This document shows, in pieces, positions 37,823 to 50,645 of a stretch of DNA of 64,000 nt. Below the pieces are notes generated by a model. The model saw only the letters and a program-made list of their open reading frames with translations. It did no database searches and had not been told where the DNA came from. Each line of letters begins with the position of its first letter. Position 1 is the stretch's first letter. Source of the stretch: Fistulifera solaris (lineage: Eukaryota); assembly GCA_030295235.1 (NCBI GenBank), contig AP026137.1, forward strand, positions 496,001-560,000, read 5' to 3'. The position numbers were made by a program, and so were the translations under genes.

Positions 37823-37878
37823 AATGTTACTTTCATTTTTAAAAATATGAATTAAAGACTTCGCTAGCTGCGATCCGA

Positions 37879-39486
37879 TCATTCACGAGATTCCCATGTC
37901 ATATCCAATGATCGGGCGGCAAGTTCACCGCTTTTGTTACTTCCCTTCGAAATAAGAGATTCGTCGTCGGAGCCGAGATTCAGAGGACTCCGTGTTGGAA
38001 AGCTAGCTCGATCCCACGAAGACGTCGGGCCGACGCTGTCCATACTCGTTTCATGATCGAAAACACGCACGAGTGAGTTACCGCCAATCGACATATTGCC
38101 GTCATTGCTGCTGCCCGATTCGTCCGCCCCACGAAAATACGAAGACGCGGCACTTATTTGTTCGGGAAACCATGAATGACAGCTTCCAATAGACGACATG
38201 CCCATCGAGCTAGCAGCATCGTAAAATGGTCGAGGTCGAACGTCCGGTGGGGGCATGACACGCTCATCGGGAACAACTGGTTCCATTAGTTGCACCTCTT
38301 GACCCTCCCATTCAACTTCTTCCATTTCTTCGTCCGCTTGGTTGGCTTGATTGTCCGCGGAAGAGACTGGGAACGGTATTTTTGTGTCAGTACTATCGTG
38401 TCCGCACATGACAGATACAGCATCAAACGAACCAAGCGAACCCATAACTCGGTCCGCAAAATGAGCAAGTACAGAGTTTGACGCTTCCGTGTTGTGTTCC
38501 ATATGATGAGGCTCATAGTCACTGTCTGTCGCAATAGAGTTTATACTGCCGACCATAGGAGCATATTCATCTTTGAACTTGACTAATCGGCGTTTTCGTG
38601 ACATGTCTTCGTGTATATAAGAAATAGGTTTGCTGCTAGGCGGCCGAGTTCCGTGACCGTCTCGAGATGATCCCGATGGGATGACACTATTCAAGCTACT
38701 CGTTGCCCAGTTTTTAAAAAGACTCGGCCCCTGCATTCACAAAGTCGAAAAAGGGTTCAATGGCTGATGTAGAAGGCCCGGTAGGCTGTGCGTAGTAGTG
38801 AGGGTGCGGAGCCTCGTGTGTTGTATGTGCATGGTGCGAATAATCGTATTGTGGGTGTTGCGGATGTTGATTCGGATGAGGTGGATAAGCTGAAGGAGTA
38901 TGTGCAGGATAGTTTCCGTAAAATGAATATCCGCCCCAACCAGCACCATAATACGGGGGAGGCGGGTGTGGCGGTGGTGGTTGTTGCTGTTGTGAAAGGT
39001 TGTCTTCTCTTTTCATATCAGCCCTCTGTACGTTAATCTCGGTCTCAATTTCTGCCCGTATCGAAGGCGCGTTTTCTCTTAAAGCCTGTGATGCCTTGTC
39101 TCGTGCTTTTTCATCTCCGATGTCTTTCCAGAAACCAGATTTTGAATCTCTGGTTAAAAATCTCCCCGGAGGTTTTAGTCCCCGAATTTCCGAAACAATA
39201 CTACTCGCAATCAAGCGCTTTTCGCGCTTGAAACGAGCTGTGAGATATACGCGCTTTCGTTTTTCTACAAGCAAGCGGAAACGTTCATTTCCTGGGTGAG
39301 AGTTGATGGAACCGCCTCTGAAATTGATAAAATAGTATGTGAGAGTGAAGTGAGGAAAAGAGTGTGCCCAAAGCTATCATTCTTTCAAGCGTACCTTCCA
39401 CACAAAACGTCCGAATCGGTAGTTTCTCGAATTATTTCATCAGATTCAAAGAAGGTTAAACCCTCTTCGCTATTATCATCCGACAT
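37879..39486 (-). CDS. DUF6824-domain protein (second copy), Pro/His/Ser-rich C-terminus
   Basis: DVLCGR|GGSINSHPGNERFR…PPGRFL…WKDIGDEKARDKASQALRE after splicing the intron at 39318-39394. An indel near 38725 joins it to the 37879-38736 ORF. Confidence 0.85.
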
Positions 39487-40485
39487 AGTTGGAGCCATTG
39501 ATTGTTTGCCGATCGTTTTTGCCTTAAGCGAAATAATGCTGGCAAGAGCTCGTTGGCTTTAATTCGATGTTTCGGTTCGTGTCTTCCTAAAACATTCCCT
39601 CCAATGTGTTCCAGATGCCAATCGAATCGTGTTCAAAAGATCAAAAATCAAGGCGGTGCGTTTGATTTGAATACTATGGCAGATCAATCATCGCCAAAGC
39701 TGCATTAGATCTACTCAAATGATAAATTTTATCGCGGTGTTATCGGCTGTTGCCCCCGGCTTCGCGTCTTTACCACGGTGGTCCCAGGTCCCAGTCAGAG
39801 ACAGTGTACAAATTTTTCGCCAAATAGAAATACTATGGACTTGTTCGGAACTCATAACAAGATAACGTCTTCTTGTCGTCGGCAGCATTGTCCGGTATCT
39901 AACATAAGAGTAAGAAAAGAAGCGGTTCTATGGCCGTTCTTTAGCCGTTGATCGGGAAGAAATTTCTGTTAGGCGTTATTCCGCGTGCTAATTCCAACTA
40001 AGAATGTACAGTATCCTTGTTACTGTATAACAAGTTGTAGGCGGACATTGCTCCGATTCAACTGGCATTCAGTCCCGGAATCGGTTCAAATCCTAAGGCA
40101 CTCAAAGATTGCGTGCACTAGATTTAATTTTATTGACTGATACATACTATTGCCAACGCAGCATGTTAGACTACAACTTAGTTTGAGAGAGAACCACTGT
40201 CACAAGAACTATTTTATTACTCCGTCGCGGTTCCGTAAAAAAGGGTGTTTGTGTCGATGCAGTTCACTCAGTTGTCGAATCGGTTGCTCGACGGCAGACA
40301 GGTCCGGTCTCTAGCTCGAAATAGAGGGAAAAGAGTGCCCAGAAGGACACTTTCGAGACCCATCGTAACGGCTAAGCGGATCAGTGTCCTAGTCAAGCAG
40401 GAACACATGATCTACGAAAATGGAGGCATCCCCGATCCCAAAATAACAGCTCGTTTCCTTTTTAGGCACGATGATATCTTTCCTA

Positions 40486-42756
40486 TCATACTGAGTTCGG
40501 AAGATTTCCGATACTTATATCCAAATTTCTCCAGCTCGTTGGAAACTCCCTGTTAAAGTAAGCACCGTGAATGCATAGCATCGACATTTTCTCGGGGCAC
40601 GTAGTAATAAGAAGTTGGAAGAAGGCCATCTTTATAACCAGGCTCTCTGTGGTTTGTCGAATGGTACCCTCGCAAGCGATGGATGAAGCCTGTGAAACTA
40701 TGTCACAAATGATGAGGAGAATGCACATCAAAAGGTTCGTCTGCTTATCAATGACTTACGTGGAATGCCAGCAACCGAAAAACAGCCTTCCACGAGACGC
40801 AACCAGCTGGTCTGAGATGCTAAACGTGAGTCTCAGATGATCATTGTCATAGTGGCCAAATTCTCTATGTTTGCTTACCAATCATGCCATAAAAGTTTGT
40901 GTTCACGCCCTTCAATTCATCAGCGAAGTCATCAAGGAATTTGACATCGTAATGCTTCTTCAAGTCGTTAAAAAATGCTTTGTCTCTTTCGTCCGTAGCA
41001 ATATAAATGGTGGCATTCGGAGCAATATATTGCTTCACATTTTCATGAATTTCATTTGCTTCAATACGGGTTCTCTTGTATTGGAAGTCACCCCGTCGAA
41101 TATGAAATGTATCGAACTCGCCAGGGCCTATCATCTGGTGGCCGGGAAAATCCTTACTGCGGCTTTTGTCGTATTCTCTCATGGCATGTACGATCCGAGC
41201 GGCAGCGCACTGTATTTCATCAATGTATCGGCTAAATCAACGTTTCCTTGCGGCATGAGAACAGAACGAACAGCAAAGCATACGGCGACGGATATTACAC
41301 GTACACATGATCTCTCATAAAGCGTTTCATCCACAGGTCTTCCCGCCAGTCCTCAAAGTACAAAAAGGCGTAGAAATGCACTAACATGCGCACACGCATT
41401 TTGTGATAGCACATAAAATGGACCACCAATTCACCCTGCATTTCTTCGTCATAAACGCACAGCTCCTTGCGGTCGGCTAGGTTCTCGCGCATTCGGTCGA
41501 GTGGCGAGCTGTCCACAGCTGGAGGTGGATCGAGAATAATGTCTCGCATTGTCAAGGACTCTTTGTGAATTCGACGCTGCATATCTTGCAGCATTTGCGC
41601 GTCCTCTGCATTTCCGCTGGCGGGGAATGCGGCCATACATTGCGTGGGACTCCACAACGGCGTGTGCGTTACATTTCGAAGCCATTCTTTGTATATCTTG
41701 ACATCTTGCCCATTCCAGTCGGTTCGATTACCTGGAGGGAAGCTAACCTCGCCAGTGTTCTTGTCCCTTAATTGACCCGTCATGGCAACTTCGTTCAAAA
41801 ATTGTTCCGTCGTTATCATATGCAATCCATCGTTCTCTCGGGCCAAATCGTGCATCGGGAAAAAATCCGCAAACGAAAAATCAGTCTTTTCTTGTCCCCG
41901 ATTTTTGGCTAGTAAATACATGCGCTGCTCCGGAGGTAACACCAATGTTCGACCCATGGCGATAGCTGTCAGGATAAAACGTCAGAATCATGGAAAGATG
42001 TTAATTAGGAAGGAGATGAATGTTGGGAATACACACCTAGACCAAGAACCGTTTCCCTTTTGTATGAAATAGCAAGAAACGAAGTGAGAATAGGATTGGA
42101 ATATACATCCTGTGTCTATGCTTTGGACGAAGCATCAAATCGATCATCACGGAGAGTCGTATGTAACACTTACATTGCCCTGTAGGGGAGATGAAGGATC
42201 AAGTGAGTTACATGTCATGCACGAGATTCTCACAAAGCATATCTCGTATGCGTCAAACACTCCGTCAAAGATCTTACATTCGAATATTGTTCCAGCCCCC
42301 TCCATCGGGTTCAAATGTCATATATTTACGAGGTTGACCTTTCGGAGGAGTAAAGGGGCTCACAAATCGTTCATCGGAGCTGATATTTTGCCAATAAACC
42401 ATCTCCTGTGCAAATTCATCCGCAGGTCCGCCGTAAGCGGCACAAGATAAGTGCGCTAATCTCCGCTCGGGTGGTTCGGCATTTTGTGGTTCGTTTCGAT
42501 CCGATTTTTCGTAGGCATGCCCGTCAAACTCCGCGACGAGACTGTCAACGATTTTGTCCATTGCTTTATCCGCCACCGCAAAATTTTGCAGATCCGTTTT
42601 CAAGGCATACAAAGCCTCTTCTTCTTGATACACGTGTTGCAGATTGACAATGGCACTAATGACGAAACAAATGACAATTCCCAGCATCAACAATTTGGTG
42701 AGCGATGATGAACTGTTGGAAGTCGGCGACGACGGATCTCGACTTGAAACTGCCAT
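40486..42756 (-). CDS. GDP-fucose protein O-fucosyltransferase-like (POFUT2/O-FucT family), paralogue 1; multi-exon with 6-nt and 20-nt microexons
   Basis: N-terminal TM; TFEPDGGGWNNIRM, GRTLVLPP, FHIRRGDFQY, YIATDERDK, GMIDQLVASRG and REFPTSWR. Confidence 0.88.
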
Positions 42757-42980
42757 GGTAATGCGCCTACAGTCTATGTCAATAAAGGACGTATTGGTGC
42801 CGTTCGGTCGCGACGGAATGCTGAATAGAGTGCTTGATTGAGATCAAATAATCGACTTGTGGCAAATTTTGCAACATTATAACGCGTTCTCAAAAATTAA
42901 TGCGGTCATGGTGTCGAGGTAAAAGGCGAAACAACCAGGTACGGCTCGTACCGGTACCGTCCGCATTTTTCATTTTTTAA

Positions 42981-43841
42981 GACCCGGTCCGGCGAATTTG
43001 GGGTGCCGAAAATTGCTAGGATCTGGGTTCCAACGAAAAAAAATTTCTTCGATTTTGATAAAAATTACATCAATCGATAGCTTTTAAAAAGTTATTGCGA
43101 TGTATAATTTTACTTTTGCTAGTTTCGTCGATATTAACTAAATTTTAAAGCAAAAACATAGACTTTTTGTAACGGTCGAAGCATAGACAGGTACCGCTGC
43201 GCATAAAACACATTGTCACATTGTAGAATTTCGTTTCGTTTTTATACCGCTTCGTCATCGCCAACGCGACTTCTCGCTCAAAAACATTCGGCCGTTGAGC
43301 AAGAAACTTGATTAAAATTGACTTGAAAGACCACTTTCAGATAGCTCTTTTGGTAGAATATGATCCCCATAACGTGGTTGATGGAATGCTAGAGTGCTGG
43401 GGGCAAAGATTTGTGCCACACGGTGACAAAAGAAGGGTTTATTGTTGATTTTGTCGTCTTGAAAATCTTGGGTCGCTCTTTCTGCTTCGTTTTCTCTTTC
43501 ACAGCGGCCCAAACAACAATCAACCGTCAAACATCCTCTTTAAGTGTCACTTGTGGACTATTCCCTGTTAAATGTTTATAGAAGCAGCAGTTATTAGAGG
43601 ATTTACGTAGCGTTCAACAATCACTTCACATTTTGTTGTGAATTTGGTAATGGTCGTATTTTGCTCAATTTTTGGGCGTTGGAGACGTCCGACATATCGT
43701 TCGATTTCGTTTTTTAATACGAAGAATGTTGTTTTATTTTTATCATGTTTTATACGCTAGGAGACAAAACCGTGTTTTTCACTATCACGGTTTCTAGCAA
43801 TTTTAACCCCCAAAAGGGCCCCAATTTCGCCGGACGGGGTC
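42981..43841. mobile_element. Non-autonomous TIR DNA transposon (861 bp) flanked by TTAA
   Basis: Left end TTAA|GACCCGGTCCGGCGAATTTGGGG…AAAATTGCTAG. The right end, reverse-complemented, reads TTAA|GACCCCGTCCGGCGAAATTGGGG…AAAATTGCTAG. AT-rich interior with no long ORF. Confidence 0.82.
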
Positions 43842-44076
43842 TTAATTTAAAAAATAAAAAATAACATACGTATAGTCTCTAGTATCAACGAAAAGTTACC
43901 ATCGATGCGATGATTTTTTAACTATTTATTTCTTAATTAACAGCTTGGTTATCTATTTTACAATTACTCAAATCTCCCGTAGCGTAAGCTCTCTGAGAGG
44001 AAAGTGGAAATGGTTATCCTCGTATCAATCAAAATCCGAAAAAGATCGCAATGGTTGGCATATCGACTCGAAACAA

Positions 44077-44376
44077 TCATGAATCATTGATCTCAGGCGA
44101 TACTAATGGTACTAGATCGGGAATTGATGTGAAGTTGCAGTTGATTTCCCAGGCACGCGTCCTTTCTTGTAGCTCTTGATTGCTATCAATTGCGGTGACG
44201 CCGCTCAACATTGTGTCACTTTGAGCTACTAGCTTTGGGCCAAAGACGCTCCAACATGCTTTCCAAGTCATTAGAGAAAGAAAAATTGCTGATAAGGAAG
44301 TCTTCATTCTGAAAACGAACGGAGAAGTAAGAATATTGTTCAAAGAGAACAAAGGAAGAGAAAAGCTTGACATCAT
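44077..44376 (-). other. Short ORF with hydrophobic signal-like N-terminus; possible small gene or gene remnant
   Basis: 99-aa ORF containing MKTSLSAIFLSLMTWKACWSVF; no recognisable domain. Confidence 0.2.
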
Positions 44377-44880
44377 TGCCTCACCTTGCCTTTTGCTGAA
44401 CTATGCTCTAGTAAATATTATTAAGCGTATAAAGAGGTTGTAACGAATTGTAAAAAGATGTTTTGTTGGTGATGGATCGTCAACAATGACTCGAACAAGG
44501 CGTTGAAAGAATGATTTGTGACACCAAGGAACAATTCGAGAAGGACAAGATCGCAAACAAGATCCGACCACGAAATTAGTACATTCAATAAGATAGTTTG
44601 GCTTGTCAGACGCTTGGTCTTGATAGTGTTTTGTACTCAGTCCTGCATTTTGGGCCTATTTCGCCATTATCGGATTTGTGTTCTTTCCGTTCAATAACCT
44701 TTCTTCGCAGCTAAGGTTAGAAGGATAACATGAACCATTTTTAGATCGTAGACTAGTTCATTCATATCTTTCATAAAACACACTCCGTACTAAACAACGA
44801 TCTTTGATAAGAATAAGAACAGTTCGTCAGCTAACATTGAAAAACGCTGTAGTTCAGTTGACAAAGAAAAGTATCTGATG

Positions 44881-46893
44881 TTAGGGCACGCCGGTGTGAA
44901 AATCGATCAAACGCCAACTTGTCGGAAACTCTCGCGCGTAGAACACTTTCTTGACGGGGTAATAGTGTTGCATGTGATCGAAACGATCCTCTAAAACATA
45001 GTACCAACTATTCGAAATGCCATGATCATAACCGGGCAATTTTCGCTTGTTCTCATGATAGCCACGTAAGCGCATGATGTAGCTCTGTTTGAAACAAACA
45101 ATTAGCCACACGCAAGAGGTCTCCAGTCAAAAAGTATATGGTTTTTACGTACCGAAAAGGTGGAAAACCAGCAACCAAAGAATACTCGTCCTCGGGACGC
45201 AACGAGTTGGTCGATCATCCCAAAGTAGTTCGAGTTGATTCCTTGCAATTCGTCCATAAAATCGTCAAGAAAAACAACATCGAAATGTTCCATGAGTGGC
45301 TTGAAATATGATTTGTCTCTTTCGTCTGTCGCAATATAGACTGTTGCCCCGTCTTTTATCTTTTTCTGCGCCTGCTGTAATATCTGCGAAGCTTCCACCC
45401 GAGTTTTCTTGTACTGAAAGTCACCTCGACGGATATGAAAACTGTCAAACTCACCACCCTCACTACTCTCTTTTGATCGAACACGGTGTCGAATCGCTTG
45501 AACAACGCGTGCTGCAGCGCATTGTATACTATCAATGTATCGTCTGAAGCGTTTGCTAACTGAATGAGACACTGAACACAAGAAAAACACGACAAAGAAT
45601 TGTTGAACGTACACATGATCCCGAATGAAGCGCTTTCCCCAAAGGTCTTGCTTCCAGTCTTCCATGAACAAAAATGCGTAAAATGAACTAGCAATCGTGC
45701 TCCCAATTTATGGTCACCCGAAAAGTGCACCAAAGGAGAATGCTGCATTTCGGTATCGTAGATACAAAGACTGTCCCGTTCGGCCCAGTTCTCCGCAAGC
45801 CGATCGACTGCGGGTGCGTCTACGGGTACCGGATTGTCGACATAATCTTCCCAGTGGGGCGGATTGTTTTTCATTTTTAGTTCCAGTTCTCTCAGATTCG
45901 TATCGTTGTCTCGTTCTGTTGGAAATGCAGCAAGACACTTTTCCGGATTCCATGGCGCCACATGAGCTACCTTCCGTAACCACCGAAACAACTCATCCAT
46001 TTCTGCCGGTGGTACTCCGTCCCATTCCGTCCGGTTCCCGGGTGGAAACGTCGCTTGACCGGTCGCACGATCCACAAATTGTCCCTTCATGACATGTTCG
46101 CTTAAAAATTCCGACATGGATATTATACTTAATCCTGCATGTTCTTCATGAATAGCTCGCATATTAAAAAAAGTGTGCAAACGAAAAGTGTTTGCGTTGC
46201 TGTTGACCCTGGTGGTGCTTGGCGGTGAGCAAATAAAATTCTTTTTCGGGAGGAAGAACGAGCGTCCGTCCCATGGCGAAAGCGAGAGCCAGAACCGTCT
46301 CCCTGTTTTAATGTGAAATAGAAAAAACATGATAAGAGAAAGACCTGCACAAAATTCGAACAAAGAAGCCCCGGAACGCAATTATCACTGATTCTGTTGA
46401 TGATGCAGACACTTACATCGCCCTACGTTCGCAAGTTAAAAAGAAAAGCAAAAGTGAGTGAACGATCGAAGGATGAACTGTCTCCTTTTCATTCTACTTG
46501 CAAAGCAGCCACTTACATTCGAATATTGTTCCAGCCTCCATTGTCCGGTTCAAACGTGAGAAACTGGTTGGGTCGATAGAATGGACTGATGTGACGGTTG
46601 TCTTCAGGAATATCCGACCAGTACACCATTTCTTGACTGGCTTCATCCGAGGGTCCTCCCCAACGCTCACAGGAGAGCCCCGCTAAGGAGAAATTACTAG
46701 CAGTATATTCGGTTGCAGTTTCAACGTCATCGTCTTGTTGCGCGTTTCCATCGGTCAAAAAGGATTGCAGATGAGCGTGTTTGACTGTCGGTAAATCTTG
46801 CAGGTGCAGTTGATTTACGTACAAGGAAACTGCCGCAAAGAAGACCAGTAAGAAGGCAAAAGAGATCGTTGGATTGCATGCGGAAGAGGGCAT
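44881..46893 (-). CDS. O-fucosyltransferase-like paralogue 2; multi-exon with 6-nt microexon
   Basis: TFEPDNGGWNNIRM, ETVLALAFAMGRT, FHIRRGDFQY, YIATDERDK, GMIDQLVASRGRVFFGCWFSTF and REFPTSWR. Introns and a few indels. Confidence 0.87.
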
Positions 46894-47298
46894 CTTCTTC
46901 AAGTGGATCTATTGTATATTGTTCATTCTCATCATCGTTGACTTTTATATTGCAAACATGTCATTTTGGTCGCTTCAAAACTGCATCGCAAAGTTCATTA
47001 TAGTTGAATCGTTTTGTATACTTAAGTTCTGCGGATGCCTACAGGAACGACCATACTACGATGACAGCACCGCTTCCCGTCTGCTCAGCGAAGTTAAGCA
47101 TCGTCAGGCCCGGTTAGTACTACGGTGGGGGACCACGTTGGAATCCCGGGTGTTGTTCTTTTGCTTTTTTCGCTCATGAAGCTGAGTCTTTAACTTTGTC
47201 ATTCTTTCATGACGAGGCACGCATATTCTTCTTTCTTTGCTCTTGCAATACTTTGTCAGAGAAGAGCTGGCTTTTATATCTCGTTTTACACATTACAT

Positions 47299-47840
47299 AT
47301 GAGCAGCAAAAGAAAACAATTTTGGTAACGGTGGGAACAACACAATTCGATGATCTCGTGCGATGCGTGACGGCCGATCAAGCTTTGCAAAGCGTGGCGA
47401 ATCTCGGCTATCATCGACTGGTGATTCAGTATGGGAAAGGAATAAGGCCCACTACCATTAGCACAAAATACGGAATAGAAATGATGTGTTACGATTTCAA
47501 ATCGTCACTACGTGAAGATATGCTGCAAGCCGATCTCATTTTATCGCACGCGGGTGCGGGGACTGTGATGGAATGTTTGACGTTGCATCGCAAGCTGGTG
47601 GCAGTGATCAATTCCAAGCTCATGCACAATCATCAAATGGAATTAGCGGTAGCGTTGCAACAGCGAGGGCACTTGTACATGGTCGAAAAGCCTCCAGATT
47701 TGTGGGTTCCGGAAATATGGGAGGCCATTGATCAGTTTGATCCAGTTGCTCATCCGGCTGGTGATGAATTTGCCTTTCCGAGACTCCTGGATGATTTTTG
47801 TGGCTTCAGTAATAACGGTGATAACTCCAAAATAGAGTAA
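47299..47840 (+). CDS. ALG13: UDP-N-acetylglucosamine transferase catalytic subunit (GT28 C-terminal)
   Basis: ILVTVGTTQFDDLV, LVIQYGKG, ADLILSHAGAGTVME and INSKLMHNHQMELA. The ATG at 47299 needs a one-base A-run correction. Confidence 0.92.
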
Positions 47841-48215
47841 GCGAGTACGGTCGAATTGATACAAAGTTTATTAGAATTAGAGCTTGTTAAGGTTCGCGGT
47901 CGTCACCAAGAGTTGCCCAACATTCTTTCGAGTGCTGACTCCGTTGTTTGTTATCGAGCAAACATCCAACCAAACGCTTGCTCCTGCGTAAGGGATTCGT
48001 CGAAATGCTTACGATCCGCCCACTTTGTGTCGACTTTTTATTCGTTGGGTTATGAGGAGGCTTTGCATGATGGTGCGACCTCTCGCTTCAATTACAGGAT
48101 ACGATGAACGATGCGTGAGAGTGTGGCTTAACTCGTCCACCTTGAGCCTGAATGCAACCGGCGCATCCGCATTCATCCCAACTCCCCGATACCTGTTTGC
48201 TTATGAATTTATATC

Positions 48216-49856
48216 TCATGAGTCATGATCAATATCCCTCCAACTTGTGGGAAACTCTCTGGCATAAAGGGAACCAAACAATGGCCAGTATCCACACATG
48301 CGGTGCTTATTTACAATGGGAGCATAATAATAGGACGAGATGATTCCGTGTTTGTATCCTTTTGCTTTGTTCTTGTCCGCGTGATAACCTCGGATGCGAT
48401 TGATGTATCCAGAGAAAGTGCTAAACCAACAACCAAAGAACACTCGCGATTGACTTGCCACCAGCTGATCGACCATCCCATAGTACATACTATCCATTCC
48501 GTTAAGTAAATGCGCAAAGTCATCCAAGAAAACAACGTCAAAATGCTTTTGCAGATCCGTGAAGAACGTCTTGTCACGTTCATCGGTGGCTACGTAGACG
48601 ACAGCTCCGTCGCGAATTTCTGGTTGCGACGCGTTGTATATATCGCCGGCGGATATGCGTGTTTTCTGATATTGAAATTCTCCCCGTCGAATGTGAAACG
48701 CATCAAACTCCCGAAGGCCGGTGCGCTGAAAGGCCCGATCCCGCACCGCCTGCACCACACGCGCCGCCGCACACTGGATATGATCGGCATAGCGAAGGTG
48801 ATCTCGAACCAAGCGCTTGTAAAACAAATCATTGTGCCAGTTTTCAAAAAAGAGAAATGCATAAAAGTGGGTCAGTAGACGTCCGCCCAATTTGGGTTTG
48901 CCGTGAAAATGTAGCAGTCGTTGTTGCTGCAGTGTAGCGTTGTAGACACACAGTTGTTCACGTCCAGCGCGCATTTCACTCAGACGATCTATAGAAGGAG
49001 CATCGACTGAAACGGGATGCCCGAAGTATTGTTCTGGTTTGGGAAAGGCCTGACTCTCCATTCTCATGGAAAACCAGGACTCCAATTCTGACTCGCGCGA
49101 CTCATCGTCGGAAAACACGGCGATACACTTCTCTGGATTCCACGAGGGCATCGTGGTCACACTCCGGATCCAGGGTTGATATTCGGTTGCAATCTCGTAC
49201 GACATGCCGTCCCACTGTGTACGATTGTGGGGTGGCCGTAACGAACGTCGTTCTCGATGCAAAAACTCCTCCGTGGAAATGATTTCTAAACCAGCTTGTT
49301 CACGGCTTAGGCGCGAGAGTGGCAGAAAAGTGTCCAGTGTGATAGTGCTCTCCCCTTTCTGGCTTTCCAGTAAGTAATATTCCTGTGACGGGGGCTATAG
49401 GGAGCGGAGAAGTAAGAATAACGAATGAAGAGAAGATACGACAATAAGTAATATCTTCAAACAGACCATGACCAAAGTTCGTCCCATAGCATGCGCCATA
49501 ACAATAACTGTTTCCAGATTCATTCGAACATTATTCCAGCCTCCTTTATCGGGCTCGAACGTCAGGTATTTGGTCGCCTTGCTGTTGTAAAATGGTGATG
49601 TGTAGGCGGCATCCGTCGTAATATCCCTCCAATAGATCATTTCGGACGCATCTTCGGGCCCTCCATACGACAAACAATTCAAATCAGCCAAAGGACTATG
49701 ATCGTCGTTCTCAATATGGTTTTCGAGAATCCATTGATGTTCCGGTAAGAAGAAAGGGAGCCCTAACGGAATGAAACATCCGTGAAACAGCAAGATACAG
49801 ACAAGCGCGACGACCGCCATAGAACCGAGCGGTTTCCGTCGACGCTGCTTTCCCAT
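48216..49856 (-). CDS. O-fucosyltransferase-like paralogue 3
   Basis: TM; YLTFEPDKGGWNNVRMNLETVIVMAHAMGRTLVM, an intron at about 49396-49467, then FHIRRGEFQY, YVATDERDK, GMVDQLVAS and REFPTSWR. Confidence 0.87.
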
Positions 49857-50151
49857 TTCAGATGAAGCAGCAAATGACTGCCTATTACTGCGATACGTCA
49901 CTGTAAATCATATCATTTCGATTCTTTTGCTGTTGTTATTGACAGACAGTTTCATTTTTCATTTTTATCGAGTATACCAGGTATCGAATGTCGCAGTCGC
50001 AGACGTTGGGAAGACCCGGAGGTTCAACCTTAGTCGAACCCCGTTTCCTGTTCGGCTTTCATGGAAGACGACTCTATTACTTCTATCGGCATCAATGGTC
50101 TATGCCAGATAACTGTTTTCGACACGAATTAGAACGCGAAAAAGAAATGAC

Positions 50152-50485
50152 AAAGATGCAACGCTTCGAAGGTCTACCTGAGTTGCGCATAGCCTCCGTA
50201 GGAATTTTATCGATGTAGGGCGAACACCGATTTTCTTCGTTCGACCGAACCATTTTTCGGGTCGGCGTTGCGTAAATATCATTACTGCTTCTACCAACAA
50301 AGATAAGGCGTACCAAATAACATTAAAGTGTCACTAAATTGAACTCAAAACATTGAAAGTTTAAAGATGCAACGCTTCGAAAAGTCTACGTGGTTTGCAC
50401 GTAGGCGCCCCTAGGGAAATTTATCGACAGAGGGGAGACCCGGATATCTTCTATTTACAACCGTGTTTCAGATCGGCGTTTTGAA
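50152..50485. repeat. Degenerate direct duplication (about 120 bp, spacing about 211 bp) in a divergent promoter region
   Basis: AAAGATGCAACGCTTCGAA at 50152 and 50363, each followed by alignable GTCTAC…TAGG.A.TTTATCGA…TCGGCGTT. Confidence 0.7.
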
Positions 50486-50645
50486 TCACGAGTGACATAC
50501 TTCAAGCTTCTTCACAAAAATAATATTTGCTCGACCGCATGACGAGCACAGGATGCGATAGTTGACAACAACTAAATTCTACAAAAGGCTTTCGGCTCAT
50601 CAGTTAAAGTCGTCAAATCGGTTGGTGGCGACTTATCCGGAAAAG

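Noticed and set aside
43312..43530. Possible transposase remnant inside the TTAA element
   Set aside because: Only 72 aa and no recognisable DDE or DNA-binding motif.
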